Virus record (IMG/VR): IMGVR_UViG_3300011116_001007
Length of the DNA stretch: 64,000 nt
DNA from: a virus
Lineage: Duplodnaviria > Caudoviricetes
Strand: one strand, 5' to 3'
The notes under the pieces are model-generated. The model saw only the letters and a program-made list of their open reading frames with translations, did no database searches and had not been told where the DNA came from. How positions within the stretch are numbered: position 1 is the stretch's first letter; the number at the start of each line of letters is the position of its first letter. The position numbers were made by a program, and so were the translations under genes. This document shows, in pieces, positions 63,710 to 64,000 of the stretch.

Positions 63710-64000
63710 TCAGGTGCCCCATTCGTTTTTAAACAATGGAACTTGTAGTCGGTCACTGTATCGTAATCCATGTTTCATTGCCAACAGTGCTACATTACGA
63801 TTGTTCATTGCATAAACACTTTCTACACCGCCCACTGGCATTAGATAAACGTGTCCTGTAAATCCAGCATTACGATATTCAACAATGGCACGTTCAGCAT
63901 CCACAAAGTCTTGTTCTGTGGCAATAACAAACTTCAAATATGCTGTGCCATACTCTTCATACTCGAATACACATTCAGGTTTGATAGCATCCGACCACAG
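63710..64000 (-). CDS. queE: C-terminal part of a 7-carboxy-7-deazaguanine synthase-like radical SAM protein (5' end outside window)
   Basis: Open to window edge: LWSDAIKPE...LKFVI...VYLMPVGG...YSDRLQVPLF, matching the QueE C-terminal pattern (KFV, YLMP, RLH/Q). Confidence 0.65.
   Translation of the reverse strand: MWSDAIKPECVFEYEEYGTAYLKFVIATEQDFVDAERAIVEYRNAGFTGHVYLMPVGGVESVYAMNNRNVALLAMKHGLRYSDRLQVPLFKNEWGT

Noticed and set aside
1-64000. Genome-wide TAG recoding suggested by the CUA tRNA-like element
   Set aside because: Genes are intact and tightly packed under the standard code and some end in TAG (39477, 59594)
1-64000. Introns, inteins, integrase or transposase
   Set aside because: No interrupted conserved gene, homing-endonuclease motif or recombinase motif was recognised

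Overview
This is a 64-kb segment of a large tailed-phage genome (T4-like/jumbo myovirus style: tightly overlapping genes, TAAATA late-promoter-like motifs, sigma70-type promoters, standard genetic code). 1-4.6 kb: virion structural and tail-fibre genes. 4.6-35.5 kb: a ~31-kb glycan/small-molecule tailoring island with GT-A-like and GT10-like (TEK motif) proteins, five tandem radical-SAM paralogues, SGNH-like proteins, three NAD-dependent epimerases, a carbamoyltransferase, an amidinotransferase, a DegT aminotransferase, a PIG-L deacetylase, two methyltransferases and a 1326-aa protein with 12 tandem repeats. 35.5-43.9 kb (minus strand): thyX, a MoxR-type AAA+ ATPase with a vWA/metallopeptidase partner, a P-loop kinase, a phosphoesterase and an RpoZ-like protein. 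43.9-58.7 kb (minus strand): an RNA super-cluster of 33 tRNA genes covering all 20 amino acids, a circularly permuted tmRNA (tag ANDELFALAA) and many unexplained structured elements. These include a ~900-nt GOLLD-like RNA with an embedded tRNA-Lys module, five 18-bp-stem hairpin cassettes with an invariant mismatch, a two-member ~200-nt T-arm RNA family, several tRNA mimics (one with a central CUA) and two leader-peptide/terminator/antiterminator units upstream of tRNA blocks. 58.7-64 kb: MazG-like pyrophosphatase, 5'-3' exonuclease, cytidylyltransferase and the 3' end of a QueE-like gene. All calls come from motif reading and manual base-pairing; no database searches were run.
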